Positions 32,805 through 45,653 of a stretch of 48,994 nucleotides of DNA are shown here, piece after piece. The position numbers and the translations under genes were made by a program. Under the pieces are notes generated by a model, which worked only from the letters and a program-made list of their open reading frames with translations, was not told where the DNA came from and ran no database searches. Source of the stretch: Eledone cirrhosa (taxonomy: Eukaryota); NCBI GenBank assembly GCA_964016885.1, contig CAXHJY010001011.1, forward strand, positions 1-48,994, in the 5' to 3' direction. The first letter of the stretch is position 1, and every line of letters begins with the position of its first letter.

Positions 32805-33951
32805 TGGATTGGCAGTATCGGTAGAGCGTCAGACATCATGCTTTGCAGCATAGCGTTATGGCCCTTTACGGCATGAGTTCAAATCTCTCCGAGGTTAACT
32901 TTGCCTTTCATCCTTACGTAGTCGATAAGATAAAGCACCAGTAATGCACTGGGATAATTCCTGGATTTGTGCCAAAGGTAGAAACAATTATTTGGTATGG
33001 GGTGAATGTGGATCGTGTGAGAGAAAATGCGAGCTTGGTGAATTGTCAGAGCAAAATGTGTGGAAAACTAGGTTCGTGAACTTGCAAAATTGTAAGTTGG
33101 GTGAATTGGCAGTATCGGTAGAGGGTTGGACGCCATGCTTTCTAGCATAGCTACGTCCCTTTACTGTCTGAGTTCCAATTCCGTCGAGGTTAACTTTGCC
33201 TTTCATCCTTACGGGGTCGATAAAATAAAGTACCAGTAATGTACTGGGTAATTTCTAGCTTTGTGCCAAAAGTAGAAACAATTATATTTTGGAGAATGGG
33301 GTGCGTAATTGGGATAAGGTCATACACACTGTAGAGCTAATCTAGGGCCTTAAATACCCAGATGCTGTCCCCGGATAACCCTGTTTTTTTTGCAAAATCT
33401 ACTATACTCCCAGAAGTGTTTATTTTATTTTTATTCCGCGTCTAGTAATCGAAATGACGACCTTATAATCCAGCCACAAGGTAAGATGGCTTCATTTTGA
33501 GGTAAACGTTGTAAACAGCGGTTGATTAGCAGTATCGGTATAAGCGTCTTACACCATGATTTGCAGCATAGAGTTATGGCCCTCTACGTTCTGTGTTCAA
33601 ATCCCGCCGAGATTAGCTTTGCCTTTCATCATTACGGGGTCGATAAAATAAAGTACCAGTAACGTACTGGGGTCGATTTAATCGACTTTCCACCACAACC
33701 ACCCACCCCCCAAAAATGACTGGCCTTGTGCCTATACTAGAAATCATTATTAAAGACAGCGGTTTGTTGGCAGTATCGCTCGAGCGTCAGCCACCATGCT
33801 TTCCAGCATAGAGTTATGGCCCTTTGCGTTCTGTGTTCAAATCCCGCCGAGGTTAGTTTTACCTTTCAACCTTACAGGGTCGTTAAACTAAAGTACCAGT
33901 AATGCACTGGGGGTATGTGCTGGCCTTGTGCCAAAAGTAGAAACAATTATT
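32805..33951 (+). mobile_element. Four same-strand SINE family A copies (32805-32991, 33099-33285, 33518-33751, 33759-33951)
   Basis: Each matches consensus; the last has a 15-bp TSD ATTATTAAAGACAGC (33746 / 33946). Confidence 0.9.
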
Positions 33952-34004
33952 AAAGACAGCTTACCAAACGACGAGTCAATAAAACCTATTTGAAAGAAAA
34001 CGAA

Positions 34005-35295
34005 GTGTGTGTGTTTCTGTCTGTGGACGCGTGCGTTTATGCATGCGTATGAGTGTGCGTGTGTCTATCTGTGTTTGTACATGTGTGTGGCCTCTGTGTG
34101 TGAGCTTGTCTATGAGTGTATGTATGTATGTATCTGCTTCTGTGTGTGAGTGTTTATGTGTGTGGCCTCTGTGTGTGAGCTTGTGTCTATGTGTGTATGT
34201 ATGTATGTATCTGCCTCTGTGTGTGAGTGTTTGTGTGTGTGTCTGAATACGTGTGTTTATGTATGTATGTCTGTCAATGTATGTGTGTATGTATGTATGT
34301 ATCTGTCTGTCTACATGCTTCTGTGTATGTATGTCTCTCAATATATGTCTGTATGTATGTATCTGTCTGACTACGTGTGTCTGTGTATGTATGTATATGT
34401 CTGTCTACGTGTGTCTATATGTATGTATGTCTCTCAATATATGTGTATCGGTGGATTGGCAGTATCGGTAGAGGGTCGGACGCCATGCTTTCCAGCATAG
34501 AGTTACGTCCCTTTACGATCTGAGTTCAAATCCCGCCGAGGTTAACTTTGCCTTTCATCCTTACAGGGTCGATAAAATAAAGTACCAGTAATACACTGGG
34601 TAATTGCTGGCCTTGTGCCAAAACTAGAAACAAATATATATATATCTGTATGTATCTTTCTGTCTACGTGTGTCTGTGTATGTATGTATGTCTGTCTACG
34701 TGTGTCTATGTATGTATGTCTGTCAATATATATGTCTGTCTACGTGTCTGTGTATGTATGTCTCTCAATATATGTATGTATGTATATGTCTGTCTACATG
34801 TGTCTGTATATATGTATGTCTCTCAATATATGTATGTATGTATGTATATGTCTGTCTACATGTGTATGGATGTATGTATGTGTCTCAGTATATGTATGTG
34901 TGTATGTATTTGTCTGTCTCCGTGTGTCTGTATGTATGTATATGTCTGTCTACGTGTGTCAGTGTATGTATGTATCTGTCTACATGCTTCTGTGTATGTA
35001 TGTCTCTCAATATATGTCTGTATGTATCTGTCTACGTGTGTCTATATGCTTGTATGTCTCTCAATATATGTATGTGTGTATGTATATGTCTGTCTACGTG
35101 GGTCTATATGTATGTATGTCTCTCAATATGTGTATGTATATATGTATCTGTCTGTCTACGTGTGTCAATATGTATGTATGTCTCTCAATATATGTATGTC
35201 TGTATGTATATGTCTGTCTACGTGGGTCTATATGTATGTATGTCTCTCAATATATGTGTATGTATATATGTATCTGTCTGTCTACGTGTGTGTAT
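34005..35295. repeat. TG/TATG-derived higher-order satellite (~55-bp unit GTCTCTCAATAT..CTGTCTACGTG), interrupted by a SINE
   Basis: Recurring TGTCTCTCAATAT and CTGTCTACGTG. Confidence 0.85.
34449..34633 (+). mobile_element. SINE family A, young full-length copy
   Basis: Near-consensus sequence. Confidence 0.92.
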
Positions 35296-35637
35296 TTTTG
35301 GTTGGAATGTCTCAGAGTTCAGCTCTGACTTGACATGTAACGACGAATCTAGTTTAATCTAAAATCTCGGAGAATGAAGTCAAGACTTCAAATAGCCGTT
35401 GACATTTCATACATTTAACGTGACTAATTAAGGAATAATTACTTGTCAGGCCATCCTACCCCAATTATATATACTGTCTATATTGTAGATACTCTGTATA
35501 CAGTAACTGTTGTTGATAGTATAAAGCTTCAGTGTGGTTTAGTTGTTGTTGTTGTTTTTGTTGTTGTTTCGTGTACGTTGTGTGGGGTGTTTTTTTGTTT
35601 GTATTTCAGGTTTTTTTATTTTTATGCGCCTGTATTG

Positions 35638-35647
35638 TATATACATA

Positions 35648-35715
<68 letters not shown>

Positions 35716-36140
35716 ATGCATGTATATATATATATATGTATATATATATTTCCATGCATGTATATATATATATATGTATATATATACATACTGTATATAT
35801 ATATATATATGTGTGTATATATATATATATATATGTGTGTATGTATAGATATATATCCATGCATGTATATATATATATATATGTATGTATAGATATATAT
35901 CCATGCATGTATATATATATATGTATATATATACATACTGTATATATATATATATATGTGTATATATATATATATGTGTGTATGTATAGATATATATCCA
36001 TGCATGTATATATATATATGTATGTATAGATATATATCCATGCATGTATATATATGTATTTATATATATATATATGTATGTATATATATATATATATGTA
36101 TGTATGTATGTATATATATATGTATATATATATATATATG

Positions 36141-36187
<47 letters not shown>

Positions 36188-36212
36188 ATGTATATATATA
36201 TATATGTGTATG

Positions 36213-36246
<34 letters not shown>

Positions 36247-36479
36247 TATGTGTATGTATATATATATATATATGTATGTATATATATATATCCATGTATG
36301 TATGTATATATATATATATCCATGCATGTATATATATATATATATGCATGTATATATATATATATATGTATGTATATATATATATCCATGCATGTATATA
36401 TATATATATATGCATGTATATATATATATATATATATGTATGTATATATATATATCCATGTATGTATATATATCCATGC

Positions 36480-36553
<74 letters not shown>

Positions 36554-36664
36554 CCATGCATGTATATATATATATGTATGTATGGATGTATATATATACA
36601 TATATATATATATATATACATATATATATCCATGCATGTATATATATATATGTATGTATGGATG

Positions 36665-36736
<72 letters not shown>

Positions 36737-36806
36737 TATCCATGCGTGTATATATATATATGTATGTATGGATGTATATATATACATATATATATATATA
36801 TACATA
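35638..36806. repeat. (TA)n array with CCATGCATG variant units
   Basis: Direct reading. Confidence 0.95.
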
Positions 36807-37376
36807 CATGGTGGCTGCCAACTCGTTTTCGAGTACGGCCACTACTTTATATCCATGTAGGAGAACCCCTACCGATGCGCTGAACGAGTTTGACTTTTTA
36901 GTCCAGCCAGCGACTTGAAAACTCTGGTACAAACACTACACTTGTGACAATTATTGACACATAGTGCTGGGCCCATGGTACCATGTGACGACAAGTGCAG
37001 AGAGATCTCCAGATATAAAGCAATGCCTGTGCCGTGAAGCTTTTATAGTGAGCAAAGGCACTGCACAAAGCCAGTCCCACTCTCTTAACCAAGATGATAT
37101 TTACCAAAAGAATAACAAGTCAACATCAATGGATACCATCAGGGTTGCAGGTGTTATATCAGAGTTTTCCTTCTCCTTGAATTGTGCCTTGACAAAGGCT
37201 AAGGGGTCATCTCTCCCGGTGATTTTGGATGGCCATTGACTTTTAAGAGCTCCATTGCCCTTTGACAGGTTTTGTTTTTAGTCCTGCAGGATGTCCAAAG
37301 TCACCCTCCTCACCAAGAAACCTTGGTGGGGGTTGCCAGTTTAGGCGCCAACGACCCGACCATGAGCCAGGTTGTA
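36807..37376 (-). mobile_element. Bipartite non-autonomous RTE derivative (5'UTR joined to ORF2 C-terminal zinc finger and 3' end), copy 1
   Basis: RTE-type 5'UTR motif GGAGAAGGAAAACTCTGA; CSVC..GLKS finger remnant; (TATG)n tail. Confidence 0.8.
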
Positions 37377-37522
37377 CATACATACATACATACATACATA
37401 CATACATACATACATACATACATACATACATACATACATACATACATACTGAGGTGTTGGTATACAACCAACATAAACTCAAAATCTGTATATATATGTA
37501 TGTATATATATATGTATGTATG

Positions 37523-37557
<35 letters not shown>

Positions 37558-37721
37558 GTGTATGTATATATATGTGTATGTATATATATGTGTATGTATA
37601 TATATATATGTATGTATATATATATATATATGTATGTATGTGTATGTATGTATGTATGTATGTATATATGTGTATGTATGTATGTATGTATGTATGTATA
37701 TATATGTATGTATATGGTATA

Positions 37722-38130
37722 CGGGAGAGATGACCCCTTAGCCTTTGTCAAGGCAGAATTCTAGGAGAAGGAAAACTCTGATATAACACCTGCAACCCTG
37801 ATGGTATCCAATGATGTTGACTTTTTCTTCTTTTTGGTAAATATCATCTTGGTTAAGAGAGTGGGACTGGCTTTGTGCAGTGCCTTTGCTCACTATAAAA
37901 GCTTCACGGCACAGGCATTGCTTTATATCTGGAGATCTCTCTGCACTTGTCATCACATGGTACCATGGGCCCAGCACTATGCGTCAATAATTGTCACAAG
38001 TGTAGTGTTTGTACCAGAGTTTTCAAGTCGTTGACTGGACTAAAAAGTCACACTCGTTCAGCGCATCGGTAGGGGTTCTCCTACATATAAAGTAGTGGCC
38101 GTACTCGAAAACGAGTTGGCAGCCACCATG
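37722..38130 (+). mobile_element. Bipartite RTE derivative, copy 2 (5' truncated)
   Basis: Reverse complement match to copy 1. Confidence 0.85.
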
Positions 38131-38165
38131 TATGTATATATATATATATGTATGTATGTATATAT

Positions 38166-38731
38166 ACCTATCTCATGGTCGGGTCGTTGGCGACTAAACT
38201 GGCAACCCGACCAAGATTTCTTGGTGAGGAGGGTGACTTTGGACATCCTGCAGGACTAAAAACAAAACCTGTCAAAGGGCAAAGGAGCTCTTAAGAGTCA
38301 ATGGCCATCCAAAATCACCGGGAGAGATGACCCCTTAGCCTTTGTAAAGGCAGAATTCTAGGAGAAGGAAAACTCTGATATAACACCTGCAACCCTGATG
38401 GTATCCAATGATGTTGACTTGTTCTTCTTTTTGGTAAATATCATCTTGGTTAAGAGAGTGGGACTGGCTTTGTGCCGTGCATTTGCTCACTATAAAAGCT
38501 TCGCGGCACAGGCATTGCTCTGTATCTGGAGATCTCTCTGCACTTGTCGTCACATGGTACCATGGGCCCAGCACTATGTGTCAATAATTGTCACAAGTGT
38601 AGTGTTTGTACCAGAGTTTTCAAGTCGCTGGCTGGACTAAAAAGTCACACTCGTTCAGCGCATCGGTAGGGGTTCTCCTACATGGATATAAAGTAGTGGC
38701 CGTACTCGAAAACGAGTTGGCAGCCACCATG
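38166..38731 (+). mobile_element. Bipartite RTE derivative, copy 3
   Basis: 38595-38669 translates [24 protein letters not shown] (C-x2-C-x12-H-x4-H). Confidence 0.85.
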
Positions 38732-38885
38732 TATGTATGTATGTATATATGTATGTATATATATATATGTATATATATATATGTATATATATATATGTAT
38801 GTATATATATGTATATATATATATGTATATATGTATGTATGTATGTTTGTATGTATGTATGTATGTATATATGTGTATTATAAAC

Positions 38886-38939
<54 letters not shown>

Positions 38940-39199
38940 CGATACCAGAATTAGAGACATACTAGATCTGCTTCCTTGCAGGCGCCTCTGTCCACTTTTT
39001 TTTAATTACCAAAGACACCGTCCGATTTTCTTAACTATTATTTATACTGATTGACTAAGATTATTAAGGCCATTGGTACTCACAGATTTCATGGTTCATT
39101 TTTGCCCAATGCTTCTTAAACCAATAGTTTTATATCAAGCGTTAAACTAATATATTTCTTCATTGTACTGTGACGTTTGTTCGTTATTTCTGTTCACTT

Positions 39200-39227
<28 letters not shown>

Positions 39228-39230
<3 letters not shown>

Positions 39231-40167
39231 GATGGCTGCAAACTATGCTAAGAATATTTCAATCGCTTGTCAGATTATAGAGTTTGGTGCATTTTTAGCC
39301 TATGGCCAGCCACACGAAGCTGTAACAGATCCTGAACAAGCAATGCCTGTGCTTTGAAGGGTTTTTTAAAGAATCACACTTGTATACATATGTGTATAAT
39401 TAAATATGTAATAATTTCCTACCATCAGTAAATAAATCACTAAATATCTTCGTTGTGGAAATATCCAAAGGGTTATATGGATTGGCAGTATCGGTGGAGC
39501 GTCAGACACCATGATTTGCAGCATAGAGTTATGGCCCTTTACGGCCTGAGTTCAAATCCCTCCGAGGTTAACTTTGCCTTTCATCCTTACGTAGTCGATA
39601 AGATAAGGCACCAGTAATGCACTGGGATAATTCCTGGATTTGTGCCAAAGGTAGAAACAATTATTTGGTATGGGTGAATGTGGATCGTGTGAGAGAAAAT
39701 GCGAGCTTGGTGAATTGTCAGAGTAAAATGTGTGGAAAACTTTGCAGCATAGAGTTATGGCCCTTTACGGCCTGATTTCAAATCCCTCCGAGGTTAACTT
39801 TGCATTTCATGCTTACGTAGTCAACCAATCTCACTCTCTGAGCATCGAAAAAACTACTCGAAAAGGAGAACTGATCAACATCTGTCACACCTTTCTCCTA
39901 AGAAAGGTGTGACAACAACCTGGGGCCTTTCACCAGGTGCACCCCCACTCCCTCCAAAAAAAAACTACTATTTGGATTGCCGTTGACTCTGCTGAGTTCT
40001 TCCGCCCTTTGCCGGGTCTTGTATTGCATTCCGCATGGTGTCCAAATATCACCCTCTTCCCCAAGCTAGCTTGTTGGGTTTGCCTGTTTAGTCGCCGACG
40101 ACCACCCGACCAAGAGACAGGTTGTACTGGGTTACATGTTACCAGTAGCACTTGAGAACGTCCTGAC
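39228..40167 (-). mobile_element. Older, diverged relative of the bipartite RTE element, split by an insertion at 39366-39823
   Basis: Shares CATG.TGGCTGC, AAGCAATGCCTGTGC, TCACCCTC..CCAAG and TTTAGTCGCC.ACGACC; flanked by (CATA)n. Confidence 0.65.
39366..39823 (+). repeat. Duplicate of 32673-33069 (SINE A with unique flanks) plus a re-copied SINE segment
   Basis: High identity including the non-SINE flanks. Confidence 0.88.
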
Positions 40168-40609
40168 ATACGTACATACATACACACATACATACATACA
40201 TACATACATACATACGTAAACATTTGTGAAATTATAAAACCAGAAGAACACACACACACACATACTTACACACACTCACACACACTCACACACACGCACG
40301 CACACACACACGCGCGCACACGCACACGCACACGCAGCAGCAGCAGTAGCAGCACCACCATTTTTTGTTTGCTTTGTTCCTTTTGTTGTATTTTCTTCTG
40401 TTAGCACAATATCGACTTGCCAGATATCTGGTTTGCATTAGTTGTCACAGAGCACTTAACTTGCCACAGACAGGCAAACGTCTTCTATTGTCGTCAACTT
40501 CAACTATACAGTTTCGATTTCGTTTAAGAATCATGCCTCTTAAATTACTTAACTATTCTCCTCGGTAGAAATAGAAATATCACAACGCAGACGGATGAAC
40601 ATTCATGCC

Positions 40610-40699
<90 letters not shown>

Positions 40700-40862
40700 C
40701 CCACGTGCTTACGCTCTGCTAACTCTCTAGCCCACTAAATATTAACACTTCGAATATTTAATACTGCCGGCACTAGTATCGAGCACCTTTGGCATACGCT
40801 ACTTGGCAAATAACTATATGTATCACCTATCCCTCCTTTTTCTCTCTTTCTCGATACGTAAA

Positions 40863-40899
<37 letters not shown>

Positions 40900-40930
40900 T
40901 AAGTATGTTTTGAAACAGTGAGCAGGTTTG

Positions 40931-41062
40931 AAATTAGAAAATAGAATAGCTTTCACCGTACATCAATACTCATCTTTTTCCATTTACCTGAGGGTTCTAA
41001 ACCCCATTATCAGGCTAAAATTTCTTTAGTCAAAAATACGGTGAAAGCTATTCTATTTTCTA

Positions 41063-41066
<4 letters not shown>
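40931..41066. repeat. Perfect 30-bp inverted repeat with 76-nt spacer, abutting (TA)n
   Basis: AAATTAGAAAATAGAATAGCTTTCACCGTA / TACGGTGAAAGCTATTCTATTTTCTAATTT. Confidence 0.9.
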
Positions 41067-41140
<74 letters not shown>

Positions 41141-41233
41141 ACTATCCGGGAGCTTCCAACATGGTCGCATTCCGACATGGTCGCATTCTTTAAGGGTATG
41201 TCAATATTTGTTTATAAAACTGATCTATATTAT

Positions 41234-41296
41234 ATTTTATCTGATGAAAGCGCACCATAATTTGCTTTGGTGTCCTTGAAATATGTATAATGAAAT
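41234..41296 (+). ncRNA. Type I hammerhead ribozyme (H3), intact core, in a module (about 41140-41432) flanked by (TA)n
   Basis: ATTTTAT-CTGATGA-AAG.C.GCACCA[TAATTTGCTT]TGGTGT.C.CTT-GAAA-TATGTA-TA|ATGAAAT; distal stem I TTTATAAAACT / GGTTTTATAAA. Confidence 0.85.
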
Positions 41297-41431
41297 AAAA
41301 TAAATATGGTTTTATAAATATAGTTTCCATTTGTTAATATATTGTATTTTTACTCCAAAAATGTGTTGAGTGCTTTATATCGGTTATAAAAATATTTGCT
41401 TGTTGTATCCCAACAAATTAAATATAACTTC

Positions 41432-41517
<86 letters not shown>

Positions 41518-41878
41518 TATATACGTATACACACACAAATATATATACGTATACACACACATATATATATATACATATATATATATATGTATACATTTAC
41601 ACATACACACATATATATATATATGCAAAAAGTAAACAGAAATAACAACAATGCAAACGACACAGTAGTACAATGAAGAAATATATTAGTTTAACGCTTG
41701 ATATAGTAGAGAAAGGGTCAACGTTTTGGACTTTAGTCCTTCAACAGAAGATAAAATGAGGTATAAAAGATGAAATAAAAAGATAGAGAGCGAGAAAAGA
41801 AAGGAATGGAAGAAAATGTTTTGAGAAATAAAAAAAACGCGTGTATTCAGTCAGCTATTTTGGAGAAATTTACATATA

Positions 41879-42508
41879 GAGTAATCCCCGCTATATCGCG
41901 GTTCACTTTCCGCGGTCCCGCTACATCGTGGATTTTTCTTTGGGACGTATCTGATTTCCTATCGCGGTAATCCTCGCTACATCGCGGATTTTTCGTTAGA
42001 ACATATCTATTTTCTGATCGCGGTAAGTCCGTGTGAATAAGAAGTGGTTAAAATTTAAACTTATTAACTAAGTTTCGATGTGATTGAAGTGTATAGTGAA
42101 AGGAAGGGGCATCTTAAGGCTTTAACTATAAAAAAATGATTTTATTTTTCATTCCATTACTGTTTTACTGATAGTGTTTTTCTCTAATCTACTACAAACC
42201 CTTCATAGATTAGTGGGAGATGTACAGCGTATTACCAAGCGGCTAAAGTTGCTGGTAATGGTCCTCATTAGTAACTAGTGGTACGATCGTTGGTGGTAGT
42301 TTCTAAACGATCGTTACTGGCTGTTTTTGGTCTTTAAATACAAAGGTGTGCTTTAATGAGTTTATATGTACTTAAATAGTGTAGGAGAGGTATTTTAAGG
42401 CTTAAACTATGAAAACAACGGTTGTCTTTATCGTTTCTCTATATCGTGGATTTTCATTTATCGCGGTTGGTTCTAGAACGTATCCCTGCGATAAACGAGG
42501 GATTACTG
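41879..42508. mobile_element. Tigger/pogo-like non-autonomous DNA transposon
   Basis: TIRs GAGTAATCCCCGCTATATCGCGG / CTGCGATAAACGAGGGATTACTG, TA TSD, repeated ATCGCGG subterminal motifs. Confidence 0.82.
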
Positions 42509-42604
42509 TATTCTCTTTTTCTCTTTTAGTCATCTCTCTCGCTAATGAAATACCGTGCTGCATTTACAGAAACACAATGTATCCCAGGATGATATTCATT
42601 CAAG

Positions 42605-42910
42605 ACGTGTAGATTGGAGCAACGTGAGATGAAGTGTCTTGCTGGAGGACACAATGCGTAATGCAGTCACGGAATCGAATCTACGGAACTTATGATCTTG
42701 ATCTCAGTACCCTAACCTCTAGGTCATAAACTTATTACATTCCTATATAAATTTTGAATATTAAATCAACCCAAGTACTTGACTGGTACTTCATTTTGTC
42801 TACTCCTGAAAGAAATTGATCTTGGCGAGATAAGAACTCAGAACATAAAGAGGCAGAACGAATATCACAATGGCATTTTTTCTGACCCTCTAGCGATTCT
42901 CCTAACCCAC
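42605..42910 (-). mobile_element. Degraded SINE B (42605-42725) and SINE A (42765-42910)
   Basis: Reverse complement motifs of both families. Confidence 0.55.
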
Positions 42911-43048
42911 AACCCTATATTTCTATGTAATTTTACAATATTAAATACTTCAAGGATATTGAAATATTTGATATAGTTATATTAAATATTTCAAGTTTAA
43001 TATCATAGAATATTTACAATATCAGAAAAATATCGTTATGTTATAAAT

Positions 43049-43225
43049 AAATAACTGTTTCTACTTTAGGCACAAGGCCAGCAATCACCCAGTGCATTAC
43101 TGGTACTTTATTTTATCGACCCCGTAAGGATGAAAGGCAAAGTCAACCTCGGCGGGATTTGAACTCAGATCGTAAAGGGACGTAACTATGCTGGAAAGCA
43201 TGGCGTCTGACCCTCTACTGATACT
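43049..43225 (-). mobile_element. SINE family A
   Basis: Reverse complement of consensus. Confidence 0.9.
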
Positions 43226-43307
43226 AAAAATAATACAGTAATACTTTAACTAATATGTCAGCTGTAACCAGTTAATAATATCAAAACTGGATGCGTTGGA
43301 GCTTGCT

Positions 43308-43591
43308 TGACGTCATAAGAGAAGCTCTTATCACACATAAATCACACAATGATTTCTTATATAGGCACAAGGCCAGCAATTCTTTTTTTTGGGGGGAAAG
43401 TCGACTAAATCGACTCCAGTGCGTGACTGGTACTTTATTTGATCCTTACGGGGTCGATAAAATAAAGTACCAGTCACGCACTGGAGTCGATTTAGTCGAC
43501 TTTCCCCTCCCCCAAAATTGCTGGCCTTGTGCCTATATAAGAAATCATTATGTGTGATTTATGTGTGATAAGAGCTTCTCTTATGACGTCA
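43308..43591. repeat. ~133-bp-arm palindrome made of a SINE A 3' half plus unique flank
   Basis: TGACGTCATAAGAGAAGC..GGTACTTTATTT / AAATAAAGTACC..GCTTCTCTTATGACGTCA. Confidence 0.9.
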
Positions 43592-44100
43592 GTCAACACA
43601 AGCTAGCTAGCTCTCTCTCTCTCTCTCTCTCAGACCCATGAAATTAATACATTTTATGCTAGTGAGTAACTGTACTTAATGCACGCATTGACCAGCTATG
43701 ATTGACTAGATTCTATCAAATACTAAATAAACCCGTTCAATTAAAATTAATACTAAGGTTTGGTTAGAAAAATAACTACAAACATACAAAAATATTGTTG
43801 AAAATTTATTTTAAAGAGAATATTGTCCTTAATAACCATAACATTTAATTATTTTAATTTCATGAAATGAATTTGTTTAGTTTAACGAAATTATCACTAG
43901 ATTAAGATGCTGGTGTTTGGTAGAGAAAGAGTACAATTAATGATTAATTTTAATTGTTGTACTCAGAGTAGACTTCTTTTTTGTCACCCTTTTTACACTT
44001 AGGATCGATACGATAAATACCAGTAAAATAATGGGTGAAATTCAGTCAAAGATTACTCTCTGCCTACCCCATTCTTGCTCGAATTTGGTGGCATTGTATG

Positions 44101-44145
<45 letters not shown>

Positions 44146-44616
44146 GAGTTCAAATCCCGCCCAAGTCAACTTTGTCTTTCATCCTTTTGAGGACATTAAA
44201 TAAAGAAACAATACTTGAGTCGATCGTCTCTCTTTCATACATACTCCTCTCTCCTCTTTCTCTGGGAATAATCGTCTGGGCTCAGACCTAGAGAGGCTTG
44301 GGCCACACCAGGTTTAAAATGCTTAAGGCATGCCGTGTACCATGCCGGCGCCCCAACGACTCTGTTATGAGTTAAAATCCCCTTTTTTTAATACGGTGTA
44401 ATATATCTGGACATTGTTGAAGGTCAGTCATTTTTAGAAGGCTAAAGTGTAGTTTATTGGTGCTAAAAATAAACTAATCAGTGAAAGGTATTTTTTTCTA
44501 TGTTGATCCCTCCATACCCCCACTCCACTGCCCAACAAACCTGTTCGGTATGTTTAAAAAGCAACCTATCTGTAGGTCAGTGTTTTTTCAATCTGTATCG
44601 TGATATTTTCGTTAGC

Positions 44617-45366
44617 CGTGAACTTATACACAGGTGTGTCACGAAATTATTCGAGGTCAGACGACTGTTTTATCTTTGGCTGTTCATATTTGCAGATTAA
44701 AATAATTATCTAGTTTGACCGTATAGCGAAGGTGTGTGGCCCAGTGGTTACGGTGCTGGACTCACGATCATAAGGCTGTTTGTTTGGGTTCGAGTCTGGG
44801 CGGTATGTAGTGTTCTTGAGCAACAAAACATTTCATTTATCTTTTCTTGTCAGATAAGACTGGCCCTGTGCTTAAGCACACCTCAGTACATGGGTAAATC
44901 CGGCACTGGGTTTCAGTTCGTACTTGTTATTTATTTCAGTTCCAGATTGAGAAAGAAACCACTCGTAGGCTTTGATATAGTTTAGAGTCGGGTATGACCC
45001 AAACTGATGGATCTTCGGTAGTTTCGTCGATGCTCATTCAGTTGTTCGAACGGCTGAACGTCCAGCTCGGGAATTAACGTGTAAGTGGTTGGGTATTCCA
45101 AAAGCATGTGTATCCTTAACGTGTGAACTTATACACAGGCGTGTCATGAAATTATTCGCGGTCAGACAACTGTTTTATCTTTGGCTGTTCATATTTATAG
45201 ATTAAAATAATTACCTAGTTTGTCACAGTAACGAAGGCGTATGCCCCAGTGGTTACGGTGCTGGACTCGCAATCATAAGGCTATGAGTTTGGGTTCGAGT
45301 GTGTGTAGTACGTAGTGTTTTTGAGCAAGACATTTCATTTCTCTTTTCTTGTCATGATAAGACTGG
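44617..45366 (+). repeat. Diverged ~250-bp direct duplication (44617-44872 / 45123-45366), each ending in a SINE B head
   Basis: GTGAACTTATACACAGG..GATAAGACTGGC present twice, period about 506 bp. Confidence 0.85.
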
Positions 45367-45471
45367 CGAAGGAGGCTATCTTAAAAAACCCACAACAAAC
45401 CACCTATGAGATGTAGCGTCGTAGGAAGCCGTCTAAACCTAGCGATATCGATGGGAATGTATTATTTTTTC

Positions 45472-45653
45472 GTGGATTGGCAGTATCGGTAGAGGGACGG
45501 ACGCCATGCTTTGACGCATAGATTTACGACCCTTGCCATTCTGAGTTCAAATCCCGCCGAGGTTAACTTTGCCTTTCATCCTTACGGGGTCGATAATATA
45601 AAGTACCAGTAATACACTAGTTAATTGCTGGCCTTGTGCCGAAAGTAAAAACA
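45472..45653 (+). mobile_element. SINE family A with 11-bp TSD
   Basis: ATTATTTTTTC at 45461 and 45654. Confidence 0.92.

Noticed and set aside
38595-38669. C2H2 zinc-finger gene exon
   Set aside because: Single finger at the end of a multi-copy RTE-derived repeat; typical RTE ORF2 C-terminus.
41717-41750. Minimal HHR-like motif on minus strand (CTGTTGA-AGGAC/GTCC-AAAA-CGTT)
   Set aside because: Two core substitutions and no clear stem I; at most a fossil.
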